Source: Camelus dromedarius
Taxonomy: Eukaryota
Length of the DNA: 64,000 nucleotides
Reading direction: 5' to 3'
NCBI RefSeq assembly: GCF_036321535.1
Contig: NC_087436.1
Span: 97,032,001-97,096,000, forward strand
Part shown: piece by piece, positions 12,773 through 25,579 of the stretch
Position numbering within the stretch: position 1 is the first letter of the stretch
How the letters are laid out: every line of letters starts with the position of its first letter
Notes under the pieces: generated by a model
Seen by the model: the letters and a program-made list of their open reading frames with translations, nothing else
Told to the model about the DNA's origin: nothing
Databases searched by the model: none
Position numbers and translations under genes: made by a program

Positions 12773-14574
12773 AAGATTCTCTTCTGATTAAATTGGTGGG
12801 CAAAGCACTTCCCAGAAAAGAATAGAGGATCCTGTTGCTGACTAAACTAGTTTTGTTCATTTTCTCCCTTTCACATCTCACGTACAATATAAAATCAGTT
12901 CTTGGTGACATGGTCAAAACTGTCTTTGAAGGTCTTTCTGATGGCTTAGAGGAAGGTTAGATGACAGACAGGGAGGACATGTCTAGGCAGAGCCAAGGAG
13001 TGCCAGAACTGAATCACTGCAAAGAGTGAGGTAGCTTTTAAAGCTTTCATGGGTTAAAGAAATTGACATGATATCTCTCCTTATCAAGATTCAAATGACT
13101 TTCTTCTATAATTGGTAGGGGGTGGAGGATGAAGTAACGTACACATTATTGGAATTAACTGTAGTGTAGAGAGCATAAAACTAAGTTACCAAAAAAATGT
13201 TTAAATTACTATTTAAAATTCCCTATTGCTATTTTAAATTCACCATTTCCCACAACAGACATAACCCTGATTTCTCTTAAAGGATTTTTAAAAGTCTATA
13301 TTTTTCTTAACCTCCTTTCTTAATAGCTACCATAAGGGTTATAAATTCCATTTCATTTTTGAACGTTAATATAATTTTGTAAGTTACTACAATGAAAAAT
13401 CCTAAGTACAACTGAAGTGCCTATGAATGCAAACATTTGCAATAGTTTGGAATCTTCTCATTTATTTAGCCAGGATTGTTCTTTAGGTTTTCATATGGTT
13501 AGGAAGGAAAAATCATATAGAAAAGAAAGTCAACCCTGGCAGGGCAGGGAGATGGTAATGAAAGTCCAAAGTGGTGAGAAAGTGGTGATTCTGAAGAACT
13601 GGATGTGACACCAGCCTCTGCTTGCTTCCTCCCTTTGACACAGCAAGTTATTTAATGTGGTGAGAATTCAGTGTTGAAGCAGTATCATTATTTACTAGAA
13701 ATCACATGTCAGGAGATCAGTTTAAAAAAAAAAGAGGAAGTTCAGGCTAAGCAAAACTTGGGTCAACGGATGGCTTACGTAAATATGTAGGTTAGGTATG
13801 ACTGGGACACTGCAGCCTCGGTCAGAGTCCCGCAAAAACAGCCACCTGGAGCCCTTCTCTCCTTCAAAGCAAAGCCTCTGAGCAGACAGGAAGAGTCAAA
13901 AGCAGTCACAACTCAAGCTGGTGCAAATAACCTAACAGCACAGACAGTCATCTATGTGACGTGATTTCAGAAGCACATACGCACACCACTTCCTGCCACC
14001 TAAAAAGTCTTTGACAGTTCTTTGAAACTTGCCTTATTTCTGTCAAAGCACAAATAGACATAAGGTGAACTGAATTCACCTGAATATGTTTGTAAAAAGA
14101 GGAAGTTTGAAGCACAACCTAGGAAAAGTTTAGAGATAAATCATCACTCTTCTCAGCCATACATTTTCACATATATTGATTTTATGACTGTTTTCAGATT
14201 CTGTTGAAATCTAAACTATCACCAGGGCCTCTTTATCTTTCAAGCCTCATCACCTTTCTCTGTTCCTCATGTGTGCATTCACCATAATGGTCTTCCTTCG
14301 AGTCTTTGATGAGACACTGATGCCCAGTCCAGTCTTGGAACTTGCTGTTTGCCTCCCAGTGTGCTTTTCTGGCCACACAAGCACACAGGCTTCTTGTCAC
14401 CATGGCTCCTCAGCCCAGAAATCACCTCCACCGTGAAGCCCTCACTGGCCATCCCTTCTATAAGTGTCCACTGCCAGCTCTGACAACCCTCTGATGTGAA
14501 CTTACTTTTCTTCTTGACACTTCTTACTTCCTCTTCACGCTTTTGGTATTTAAAATGCAAGCTCTCTTCATGAA

Positions 14575-15250
14575 TTCACCCATTCAACAAACATTTATTG
14601 AGCACCTAACAGATGCCAGACACTCTTCTAGGTCCTTGTGATTCATTGGTGAATGAAACAGATAAAGTTCTTTGCCCTCAAGGAGCTTATGTCCTAGCTG
14701 TAGGATGGAGGTGCTCCTACGATAAACATAATAAATGGGGAAATACATGCTTGAAGGTAACAATGTTTTAGAGGAAAGGAGAAAATCAGAGCAAGGTAAG
14801 GAGTGTCAGGCTGTATGGGTAGGAACAGACTGAAATAACAAACAGAATCAAGGTAAGCCTCAGAAGGTGAAATTTGATCACGTTAAAGGAGATGAAGGTG
14901 TTAGCCATGCAGGTATCTGATGGTTGGAAGAGCATTTCAGGCAGGGGAACTGCTAATACAAAAACCCAAAGCCGATGCATGGGTGGCAAGTTCCAGACAG
15001 CCAGAGAGCTGTTGTGCCTACAGTTAAGTGAAGAGGAGACAATGGGAAGGAATGCCCTAGAGTCAGTGGGGCCAAGTTCATTTAGAATCTTTGACTTTGA
15101 GTGAAACTGATAGTCATTGCAGGGCTTGGAGCAGAGGCAGGAGGGAATCTGACTGATGGTTTAAAAGCTCACTCTGCCCTCTGACATGAAAATAGTCCAT
15201 AGAGAGGGAAGGGAAGAATGAGACCATGCATGGACAGAAACACCGCGTGC
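14575..15250 (-). mobile_element. L2 fragment
   Basis: cattcaacaaacatttattgagcacct...ccctcaaggagcttat.tcctag is the reverse complement of the L2 3' end. Further L2-like sequence follows. Confidence 0.7.
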
Positions 15251-18037
15251 GTGGCCCATGGATGCAGGAAGTCTTCGTTGAATGAATTAATAGATGACTG
15301 AATGGAAGGTGGAGGCTGAAGAGTAAGATGAACAGAGAGCCTCACAAGCATGAGGTAATGGGTGATATATTCACTGCTTTGGTAAACAGGCACAGTACAT
15401 TAAGGCCACACCTTGGGATTATTTGTATGTGAATGTGTGTGTGTTTATATCCATATACATACATATGAATATTTCCTGCTTGCCTTCTCCGTGGAAAACA
15501 GTTTCAATTTTGACAGATGCCTTCCCCTCATTTATGCTACATCTATAAATGTATGCATAATATAGTGTTCATTAATGCCGAGCTCCACCTTTTATGGCTA
15601 CTTCCATTTCCTGAAAAAATAGCACATTCTAATACTGCCTAGCTGAGATGGATTTTTTAAAATTCTAAACTTTATGGAAGAAGTCTGTTCTCATAAAAAT
15701 AGAGGTCATGGTTTCAGTTCCCATTTAGGTATGTTAGTTTTAAAAGAGGAGAATTTTCTCTAGCCACAGATTCTTTCTCAACACCAACAAACTTACTTGT
15801 AAAGACTTAGTTTAGGCATGAGAAAGGGCCCAAAAAGTGACTCTGGAAAACCCTATACAAACTTATCCGGAAGGAAAAAAAAAATGACATATTAGCAGCA
15901 GATTCATATATGAAAGGCAGCAGGCATTTAAAACGTAATTTTTTTAAATCCCAGTATAGTTTCAAGATGATAAATTTCAAGGTTGGGCAATGTTAAGTTA
16001 TGAAAAATTGTCTCCTTTATCTAATCACTCACAAATAATTTTCAAGTGTGTACTATGTGCCTGGCACTGACCGTACAAGCTGAGCAAGACAGTGGATGTG
16101 CCTGCATGGTTGATTGCCCACATTCCCAACCAAAGTAACATCACCCTCAAGGAGAGAAAATTTGCTCTGGGGCAAGACAAAAAAATTTAAACTTTTAATG
16201 TATAAAATATAGATACACATATAATACATAAACAGACATATAGTTTAGAGACTCCTTAGGAGGAAAAACAAATAAGGTTGAGAAACACTTGTCTACTGGA
16301 AGGCTAGTGATTATGATAAAATACGGTAACTGCAGTGATGGGGGAACGTATAGAACGTTGTGGAAACACATGCAGGGAACAGCTAACTTGGAGCAGGGGT
16401 CAGGGAGGGCTTCCAGGGAGAAGTCACACTTCAGCAGAGCTGTGAGAGATGACCAGGAGGAACTGCTCAGGCAAGCAGATGGAGAGTGCTGCTCTAGAAT
16501 CAAAGCAGAGAAGAGCTCATGCAAAAGACAGGGACAATCACTGAATGGGACTTTCATTGAGGAAAAGCTATATAAACCCCTTAATTATCTAGCTTGGCTA
16601 ATTTGATTAATGAATTCATGAAGTCAGGGCACAGAGAAAATACTGCAAACTGAAAGCTGGATTTGTTTCATATTTGGTACCTCTAGTCTGTCCTCTCTCA
16701 CCTAAAGGCCTTTCATTCCATTGTCCACCATCATCACAGAGAGGTGCTCACCACCTCCTGCCAGAGAATTCCCACAGCCGCCCTCACTGGTCTCCCTCTG
16801 GGCACCCCACAGCATCATATCAACATAGTGACCTCAGGAAGTAAAGTGCTAAATCTAGCTGTTGAGAGAGCACCCCGATGTAACCTTCCTCTGCTCTCAA
16901 ATCTTCATGTTGATCCAAATCACCCCTTGGCCTGCCAGCTAAGCATTTGTACAGCCAGGCTCTACACCACTGATCTGGGACTACTCAAGCATTCCTTTAA
17001 GTCAACAGTTCTTAAACATGTAGAATCTAATGAACTCTACAGCCCTCCCCTCATCCCTCCAGTCACAAATACGCAGAGTGCCTACGAGGTGCCGGGCACG
17101 GTTGTAATCACTGAGTACAGGGCCCGAACAGGGTGGAATAGGTCCTTCCCTCATGGACTTGCCTTCTCAGGGAGCAAAGGCAAGTAGAAATGTAATGAAC
17201 AAGTAAATAAATCAAATGATTTCAATGAATGGTAAGTGCTGCGAAGTAAGTTTTAAAAGAGTCAGGGGTTAAAGAGTGACTGTAGATAAGGAGATGGAGG
17301 AGTAGGGTGAAGGGGTTGATACTTGAGCTGAGACCTGGATGGAAAATAACCAGCTACGTGACTATCAGAGGGAAGAAGCCCCCAAACGCGGGGAGCAGCC
17401 ACTACAAAGGCCCTAGGATGGAAATGAAAATGCACAGAGGAGACATTGATGGTGGGGATACACCTCTCTAGCTATGCTGTTCTTAAAATATGATTTTCAG
17501 TATCAATGGTCTAATAGACTCTGCTACCCTACACATGCCTCCCAGGAACCCCAGGGTTTCCCCCAAAACAGTAAGTAAAGAGTTAATGTCTCCAGGACCC
17601 TGCACTTCAGATCAAATGGCTCCTTTCAGTGCAAATGACCAGAATCCATGTCCTATCATGTGTTAAATAATTTTACTATCACCTCTACACTGGAGCATAG
17701 TGTAGTGACATTGTCATACCAACTTCCAGGGAGAACCTGAAGATCCTAGAATCCATCCTGTATCTTTGACTAAGAATCCTAGCTTTATCTGCTAAAGAGG
17801 GAACGGCACACAGTGGTTGCACTTGTGTGAAGCATATTTTCTCAGTTTGAATCCTAGTTCTGACACTTAAGAAGTTGTGAGTCCATGGGAAAGTTGCCTA
17901 AAATTTCTATGTCTGAGTTTCTTATAAAATGAGAACAATGATAATGCCTCATAGGGTTTTTTTTGTGAGGAATTAATGACACAATGCATGGAAAGCACTT
18001 GAAAGACTTTTGGCATCTTAGAAATTATTCTAGTGGT

Positions 18038-19552
18038 TCTTTTATTTTTTTTTGAACCATAGTCAGTTACAATGTGTTAATTTCCGATGTACAGCACAAT
18101 GTCCCAGTCATGCATATACATAAATATATTATTTTTCAGTAAAAGTTATTACATGATATTGAATATAGCTCCCTGTGCTATACAGAATAAATTTTTTAAT
18201 CTCCCAAATTTATCTCTTCCCACCCCTTTTCCCCCAGTAACCATAAGATTGCTTACTATGTCTGCTAGTCTGTTTCTGTTTTGTAGATGAGTTCATTAAT
18301 GTCCTCTTTTTTTCTTTTCTTAGATTCCACATGTAAATGGTATATGGCATTTTACTTTCTCTTTCTGGCTTACTACAGTTAGAATGACAATCTCTAGGTC
18401 CATCCATGTTGCTGCAAATGACATTATTTTATTCTTTTTTATGGTTGAGTAGTATTCCATTGTATAAGTAGACCACAGCTTCTTTATCTAATCATCTGTT
18501 GGACATTTAGCTTTCTTCCATGTCTTGGCTATTGTAGATAATGCTGCTAGGAACATTGGGGTGCATGTATCTTTTTGAATTAGAGGTCCTGCCAGATATA
18601 TACCCAGGAGTGGGATTGCTGGATCATTTGATATGTTCATTTTTAGTTTTTTGAAGAATCTCCATGCTGTTTTCCATAATGGCTGTACCAAACTGCATTC
18701 CCACCAGTAGCATAGAAGGGTTCCATTTTCTCCACACTCTCTCCAGCATTTATCTCATGAACTTTTTAATGATGGCCATTCTGGCTAGTCTGAGGTGATA
18801 CTTAATTGTAGTTTTGATTTGCATTTATCTGACAGTTAGTGATATTGAACATTTTTTCACGTGCCTTTTGGCCATTTGTATGTCTTCACTGGAGAATTGC
18901 TTGTTTGGGTCTTCTGTTCATTTTGGGGTTCATTTCATGTTTGGTTTTTTTTTTGTTTTGTTTTTAAGTTGTATGAGCTGTTTATACATTCTGGAAATTA
19001 AGCCTTTGTCAGTCACATCATTTGCAAATATTTTCTCACATTCCATAGGTTGTCATTTTGCTTTGCTTATGGTTTCCTTTGCTGTGCAAAAGCTTATAAG
19101 TTTAAATAGGTCCCACTTGTTAATTTTTCTTTTTATTTCTATTGCCTGGGTAGACTGCCCTAGGAGAATGTTGCTAAGATTTATGCCAGAGAATGTTTTG
19201 CCTGTATTTTCTTCTAGGAGGTTTATCATGTCTTGTCTCATACTTGTCTTTAAGACATTTTGAGTTCATTTTTGTGTATGGTGTGAAAGAGTGTTCTAAC
19301 TCCATTGATTTACATGCTGCTGTCCAGTTTTCCAACACCACTTGCTAAAGAGACTGTCTTCTCTCCATTATATATTCTTGCCTCCTTTGTCAAAGATTAA
19401 TTGATCCTAGATCTGTGGGTTTATTTCTGGCTTTCTATTCTGTTCCATTGATCCGTATGTCTGTTTTTATGCCAGTATCATGCTGTCTTGATTACTGTAG
19501 CTCTCTAGTATTATCTGAAGTCTGGGAGGGTTATTCCTCCAGCTTCATTCTT
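18038..19552 (-). mobile_element. Young 5'-truncated L1 (3'UTR + ORF2 C-terminus), ~1.5 kb
   Basis: T-rich tail at ~18040. Minus-strand peptides [25 protein letters not shown] and [18 protein letters not shown] are L1 ORF2. Confidence 0.93.
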
Positions 19553-19850
19553 ATGTGACTTACGAATTTCTGCTAAGTTATGCCTACCATCCCCACTCAA
19601 ATTCATTCCATCTCCTCAGCCAAACATACTTTTTCCAATAGCCAAATCTCTACCAACTTAACAAAGCTCAGATAAAATACCACAACCACCATGAAACTTC
19701 TATTGATTTTAGCTTCCAGAAGAACCATTACCCTCCTCTGAATAACTATTAGTACACTGTTGATACTATGAGTCTAATTATTCGCTGTATTACAAAGTTG
19801 ACTTTGTATAAATGTTTGGCATACTCTGCTAGATTATAAACCATTTAGAG

Positions 19851-20164
19851 CAACGCTGTCCCATAGAAATATAGTTTGAAATACATAAATAATTTAAAAT
19901 GTTCTATTTAGCCACATAAAATTTTGAAGTGGTGAGATTAAGTTTAGTAATATATTTTTATTTAACTGCATAAGCAAAATATTGTAATTTACAATGAAAA
20001 CAATTTAAACAAATTACTGAAATTTTTTCTATTTTCTTTTTTGTGCTAAGTCTTTGGAATCCGGTATGTATTTGACCCTTATAGTACATCTCAATTTGGA
20101 CTAGCCATATTTCGAGTGCTCCATGGACACGTGTGGATAGTGGCCATCATTATGGAAAATGCAG
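19851..20164 (+). mobile_element. MER33-like hAT-Charlie non-autonomous DNA transposon
   Basis: caacgctgtcccatagaaatata...acatctcaatttggactagccatatttcgagtgctc...gtggatagtggcc matches recalled MER33, ~315 bp. Confidence 0.8.
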
Positions 20165-20577
20165 CTTTAGGTAGGACATGTATTTTCCTATATAAGCTCT
20201 GTATTTATCATAATGTCTAGCATAGCTCATTCCCTATTTCAGAAGTTCAATTAATATGTGTCAAATTAATTACTCATCTTAGTAATTTATTTAAAATCAG
20301 TACAAAAATCTAACCCCGTGAAAACCATATTACTACTGTTCATAATACAAGTAAAAACACAGAAAAATATCTTGGTTTTCTTTAAAGGATAAGAAGTTTG
20401 TTCTTCCTCTGGAGTAATAAAATAAATTTTTCAGTTATATCTCTCATTAGAATGTAGTTTAGAAGTACAAGTTCTGGATCACTGAAAGAAATAGTATGTA
20501 CAGCAAGAAAATTATTTAAATTTTTGTTTGTTTCCTGATAAGAGTAAGAATTTTAAACAAAAGTGAACAAAAGTAAC

Positions 20578-23500
20578 TTTTTTTTTAATTTAGGTAAAAT
20601 TGATTATATATACTTCGGTTGTACAACGTTACAATTCAGAATCTGTATACACTACAAAGTGAGCAACACCAAAAATCTAGTTACCAACTATCAAGTGACA
20701 TTCTTCAAACATTTTGTGGACCCCTCCAAAACCTCCCTCCTTTCTGGTTGGTAGTCACCAATCTAATATCTGTATTTCTGAGTTTGTTTTTGTTTTGTTT
20801 TGTTTGATTACGTGGTTTTTGTTTTGTTTTGTGTTTTAGATTCCGCATATGAGTGAAATCATATGCTATTTGTCTTTCTCTGTCTGACTTACTTCACTTG
20901 CCATAATATTCTCAAGGTCCAACTACGTTGTCGCAAATGGAAAGATGTCATTCTTTTTTTATCGCTGAGTAGTATTCCATTGTATATATGTATCACATCT
21001 TTCTTATCCATTCACCCATGTATGAACACTTAAGTTGTTTCCATATCTTGGCTATTACAAATAATGCTGCAATAAACGTAGGCTGCATATATCTTTTCAA
21101 ATTTGTAATTTTGTATTCTTTGGATAAATATCAAAAAATGGAATAGCTGGATCATTTGGTAATTATATTCTCAATTCTTCATACTATTTTTCATACTGGT
21201 TAGACCAATTACATTCCCACCAATTTACATTCCCACCAACAGCAAAATGTACAAAGGTTCTCTTTTCTCCACATCCTCTCCAACACTTTTTATTTCTTGT
21301 CTTTTTGATAACAGCCACCTTGAGAGTTTTTAGATAACTCATTGTGGTGTGGATTCTCATTTCCCTAATAACTAGTGGTATTGGACATCTTTTAATATGA
21401 CTATTGGCCATCTGTATGTCTTCTTTGGAAAAGTGTCTATTTAGGTCCCCTGCCCATTTTAAATTGAGTTGTTTGGGGTTTTTTCATTGTTGTGTTTTAT
21501 GCCTTCTTTATATATTTTGGATATTAACCCCTTGTCAAACATATGATTTGTAAACATCTTTTCTCACTCAGTAGGTTCCCTTTTCATTTTGATGATGATT
21601 TCCTCTACTGCCTAGAAGGTTTTTAGTTTGATGTAGTTGTTTATTTTTGCTTTTGTTTCCTTTGTCTTTGGAGTCAGATCCAAAAAACACATTTCTATGA
21701 CCAATGTCAAGAGGTTGTGCCTATGTTTTCCTCTAGGATTTTCAGTGTTACATTCAAGTCTTTAATCCATTTTGAGTTAATTTTTATGTATGGTATAAGA
21801 TACTGGTCTAGTTTTATTGTTTTGCATGTGACTGTTCAGTTTTCCCAATACCATTCATTGAAGAGACTTTCCTTTCTCTGTGGTATGTTCTTGGCTCCAA
21901 TGTCATGAATTAATTCTCCATATATGTGTGGGTTTACTTCTGGGTTCTCTATTCTGTTCCACTGATTTATGTGTATGTTTTTATACAAATACCATATTGT
22001 TTTGATTACTGTAGACTTGTAGTATAGTTTGAAATCAGGGAGCATGATCCCTTCAGTTTTGTTTTTTATTCTCAAGATTGCTTTAGCTATCTGGGTTCTT
22101 TTGTGTTTCCATACAAATTTTAAAGTTATTTGCTCTAGTTCTGTGAAAAATGTCTGAAATTTTGTTAGGGAGTGCACTGACTCTGTAGATTGCTTTAGTT
22201 AGTGTGGATATTTTGATAATATTAATTCTTCCAGTCCATGAGCACAGGATATCATTCCATTTATTTGTGTCTTCACCAATTTCTTTTATTTATGTCTTAC
22301 AGTTTTTAGTGTACAGGTATTTCACCTCCTTAGTTAAATTTATTACTAGATTTTTTTTTTTTTGGTTGCAATTGTAAATGGGATTGCTTTCTTAATTTCT
22401 CATTCTGCTAGTTCATTATTAGGGAATGGAAATGCCACAGCTTTCTGTATATTGATTTTGTGTTCTGAAACTTTACTGAATTGATATATTAGTTCTCCCA
22501 GTTTTTTCATGAATTTTTAGAGCTTCCTATATGTAGTATTATACCATGTGCAAATAGTGACAGTTTTACATTTTATTTTTTGATTTGGATGCCTTTTATT
22601 TATTTTTTTTCTTGTCTAACTGCTATGGCTAAGACTTTCAGTACTAAGTTGAATAAAAGTGGTGAGCATCCTTGTCCTGTTCCTGATCGTAGTGTAAATG
22701 CTTTTAGCTTTTCACCATTGAGAATGATGTTTGCTGTGGGTTTGTCATATATGACTTATTATGTTGAGGTACCTTTTCTCTTTACCCACTTTGCTGACAG
22801 TTTCTATCATATATGGATGTTGAATTTTATCAGATTCCTTTTCTGCTTCTATTGAGATGATCATATGGTTCTTATCCTTCATTTTGTTAATATGGTGCAT
22901 CATATTGATTGATTTGTGAAAGTTGAACTATCCTTGCATCCCTGGAATAAATCCCACTTGATCATGGCATATGATTATTTTAATGTATTATTGGAGTCAG
23001 TTTGCTAATATTTTCTTGAGAATTTTTGCACCTATGTTGATCAAGGATATTGGCCTGTAACTTTCTCTTTTTTTTGTAGTATTCTTGTCTGGTTTTGGTA
23101 CCAGAGTCACACTGGTTTCATAAAATGAGGTTGGGAGAGTTCACTCCTTTTCAACTTTTTGGAAGAGTTTGAGAAGGATTGGTATTATATATTCTTTGAC
23201 TGTTTGGTAGAATTCACCCATGAATTCATCTGGTCCTGGATTTTTGTTTGTTGGGAAGTTTTTGATTACTGTTTCAATCTTCTTTACTAGAAATCGATCT
23301 GTTCATATTTTCTATTTCTTCATGATTCAGTCTTGGAAGATTACCCATTTCTTCTAGGTTGCCCAATTTTTTGGTGTGTAATTGTTTGTAGTAGTTTATT
23401 ATAATCTTTTTTATTTCAGTGGTATCAGTTGTAATTTCTCCTCTAGGTATTACATTTATAAATATATATGCACATAATAAAGGAGCACCAAAATAAATAA

Positions 23501-23796
23501 AACAAATATCAACTGATCTAAAGGGAGAAATTGACAGAAATACAATAATAATAAGGGACTTTACATCAATGGATAGTTCATCCATACAAAAAATCAATAA
23601 GGAAACATCAACTTTAAACAAACACATTAAGTAAAATGAACCTAATAGGTATATATAGAACATTCCATTCAAAAGCAGCAGAATATACATTTTTCTCAAG
23701 TGCACATAGACTGTTCTTCAGACTAGATTGCACATTAGGCCACAAAAGAAGTCTCAATTAATTCAAGGAGATTGAAATCCTATCAAACATATTCTC

Positions 23797-23827
<31 letters not shown>

Positions 23828-24289
23828 TGGAATGAAACTAGTAATCAACTACAAGAAGAAACTGGAAAAATCACAAAAATGTAGAGATTAAACAACATGC
23901 TAGTAAACAACCAATGGATCACTAGGAAATTAAGGACAAAATAAAAAATATATATACAAATGAAAACAGAAACACAACATACCAAAATCTATGGAATGCA
24001 GCTAAAGCAGTTGTAAGAGGAAAGTTTATGATGATACAGGCTTACCTCAGGAAACAAGAAAAATTACAAATAAATAATCTTACTTCATACTTAAAGAAAT
24101 TAGGAAAAGAACAAACAAGTCCAAAGTTAATAGGAGGAAGGAGATAAATATTATAGTGCATATAAATGAAAAAGACAGTAGAAAAAAATCAATGAAATGA
24201 AGAGTTTGTTCTTTGATAAGAAACAACGACAAAGCTTTAGCTAGACTAACCAAGAGAAAAAGAACTCAAACAAAATCAGAAATGAAGAG
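20578..24289 (-). mobile_element. L1, ~3.7 kb, with inverted 5' segment (minus 20578-23444, plus 23445-24289)
   Basis: Minus-strand ORF2 peptides ([33 protein letters not shown]). Plus-strand endonuclease-region sequence from 23445 onward. Confidence 0.9.
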
Positions 24290-24628
24290 TAATTAACTCT
24301 TAAATGTGCAGGATTTTTCTCATTCAAAATATTTTGATGTCATTTTCCTAGTCACCACATGATTTTTTCTTAAAATGTTGTGTTCTGAAATGTATTCAAT
24401 GTTTTTTATAAATGACTTTTCTAGTTGCTCAGATACAGTTACAGAAAATTTATAACATTTTTTTTCAATAGTCATTAACAATATACTGTCAGGACCAGAC
24501 CGACTTGAATTGTTCCTATTAGAAAGTTGATATGAAAGAAAGTAGAAATTCTGATTAGGTGATCTATCACTTTAAAATTATAGCTACCCACTCCTTCCTT
24601 ATCAATGTTACTCCTATTTTTTCTTTTA

Positions 24629-25054
<426 letters not shown>

Positions 25055-25383
25055 TCAAAATGCATCCTTTTTGTGTAATTGACTCTTGTCAAAACATAAC
25101 CTAACAGGGCAGCAGTAGGCTGAGACTACAGATTACTGAAACGATTCATCTGGTTGAACCAAGAGCTCTCTGGCTGCTTCTAGATCTAATAATCTTTGAG
25201 TTTCTTTTTCTATTCCATTTTCTTTTTCAATTCCATTTTGTTATAACAAGAAACCATTGGGTATATCCCGCTCTTTCTCTACTTAAAAAATTATTTTCAC
25301 TTCTTAAGAATTATATTTTCCTTTCCTTTAAGTAGTCATACAATGTTTCCCACCATCACAACCTCACAATGGACATTCTAGAA

Positions 25384-25579
25384 TGGCACTCTCCTATATG
25401 GTAGCCACTAGCAACACGTGGCTTTTTAAATTAAAGTTAAAATTTATTAAAAAATGAAAAATTCAGTTCCATAGGCACTCGTCACGTTTCACGTGTTCAG
25501 TAGCCACATTTGTCTAGTAGCTGCCTTATTGAACAGTACAAATATAAAGCATTTTCACCATCGCAGGAATACAGTGCTG
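25384..25579 (-). mobile_element. MER3-like hAT-Charlie element with perfect 8-bp TSD TTCTAGAA
   Basis: tatggtagccactagc.acacgtggct...tagccacatttgtctagtagct. TTCTAGAA at 25376-25383 and 25580-25587. Confidence 0.85.

Noticed and set aside
16744..17187. 147-aa plus-strand ORF
   Set aside because: GTG start, runs into L2-like sequence, no recognisable domain or splice structure.
18814..19263. 149-aa plus-strand ORF
   Set aside because: Antisense of L1 ORF2.
23274..23705. 143-aa minus-strand ORF
   Set aside because: Chimera of antisense and sense L1 ORF2 across the inversion junction, not a gene.
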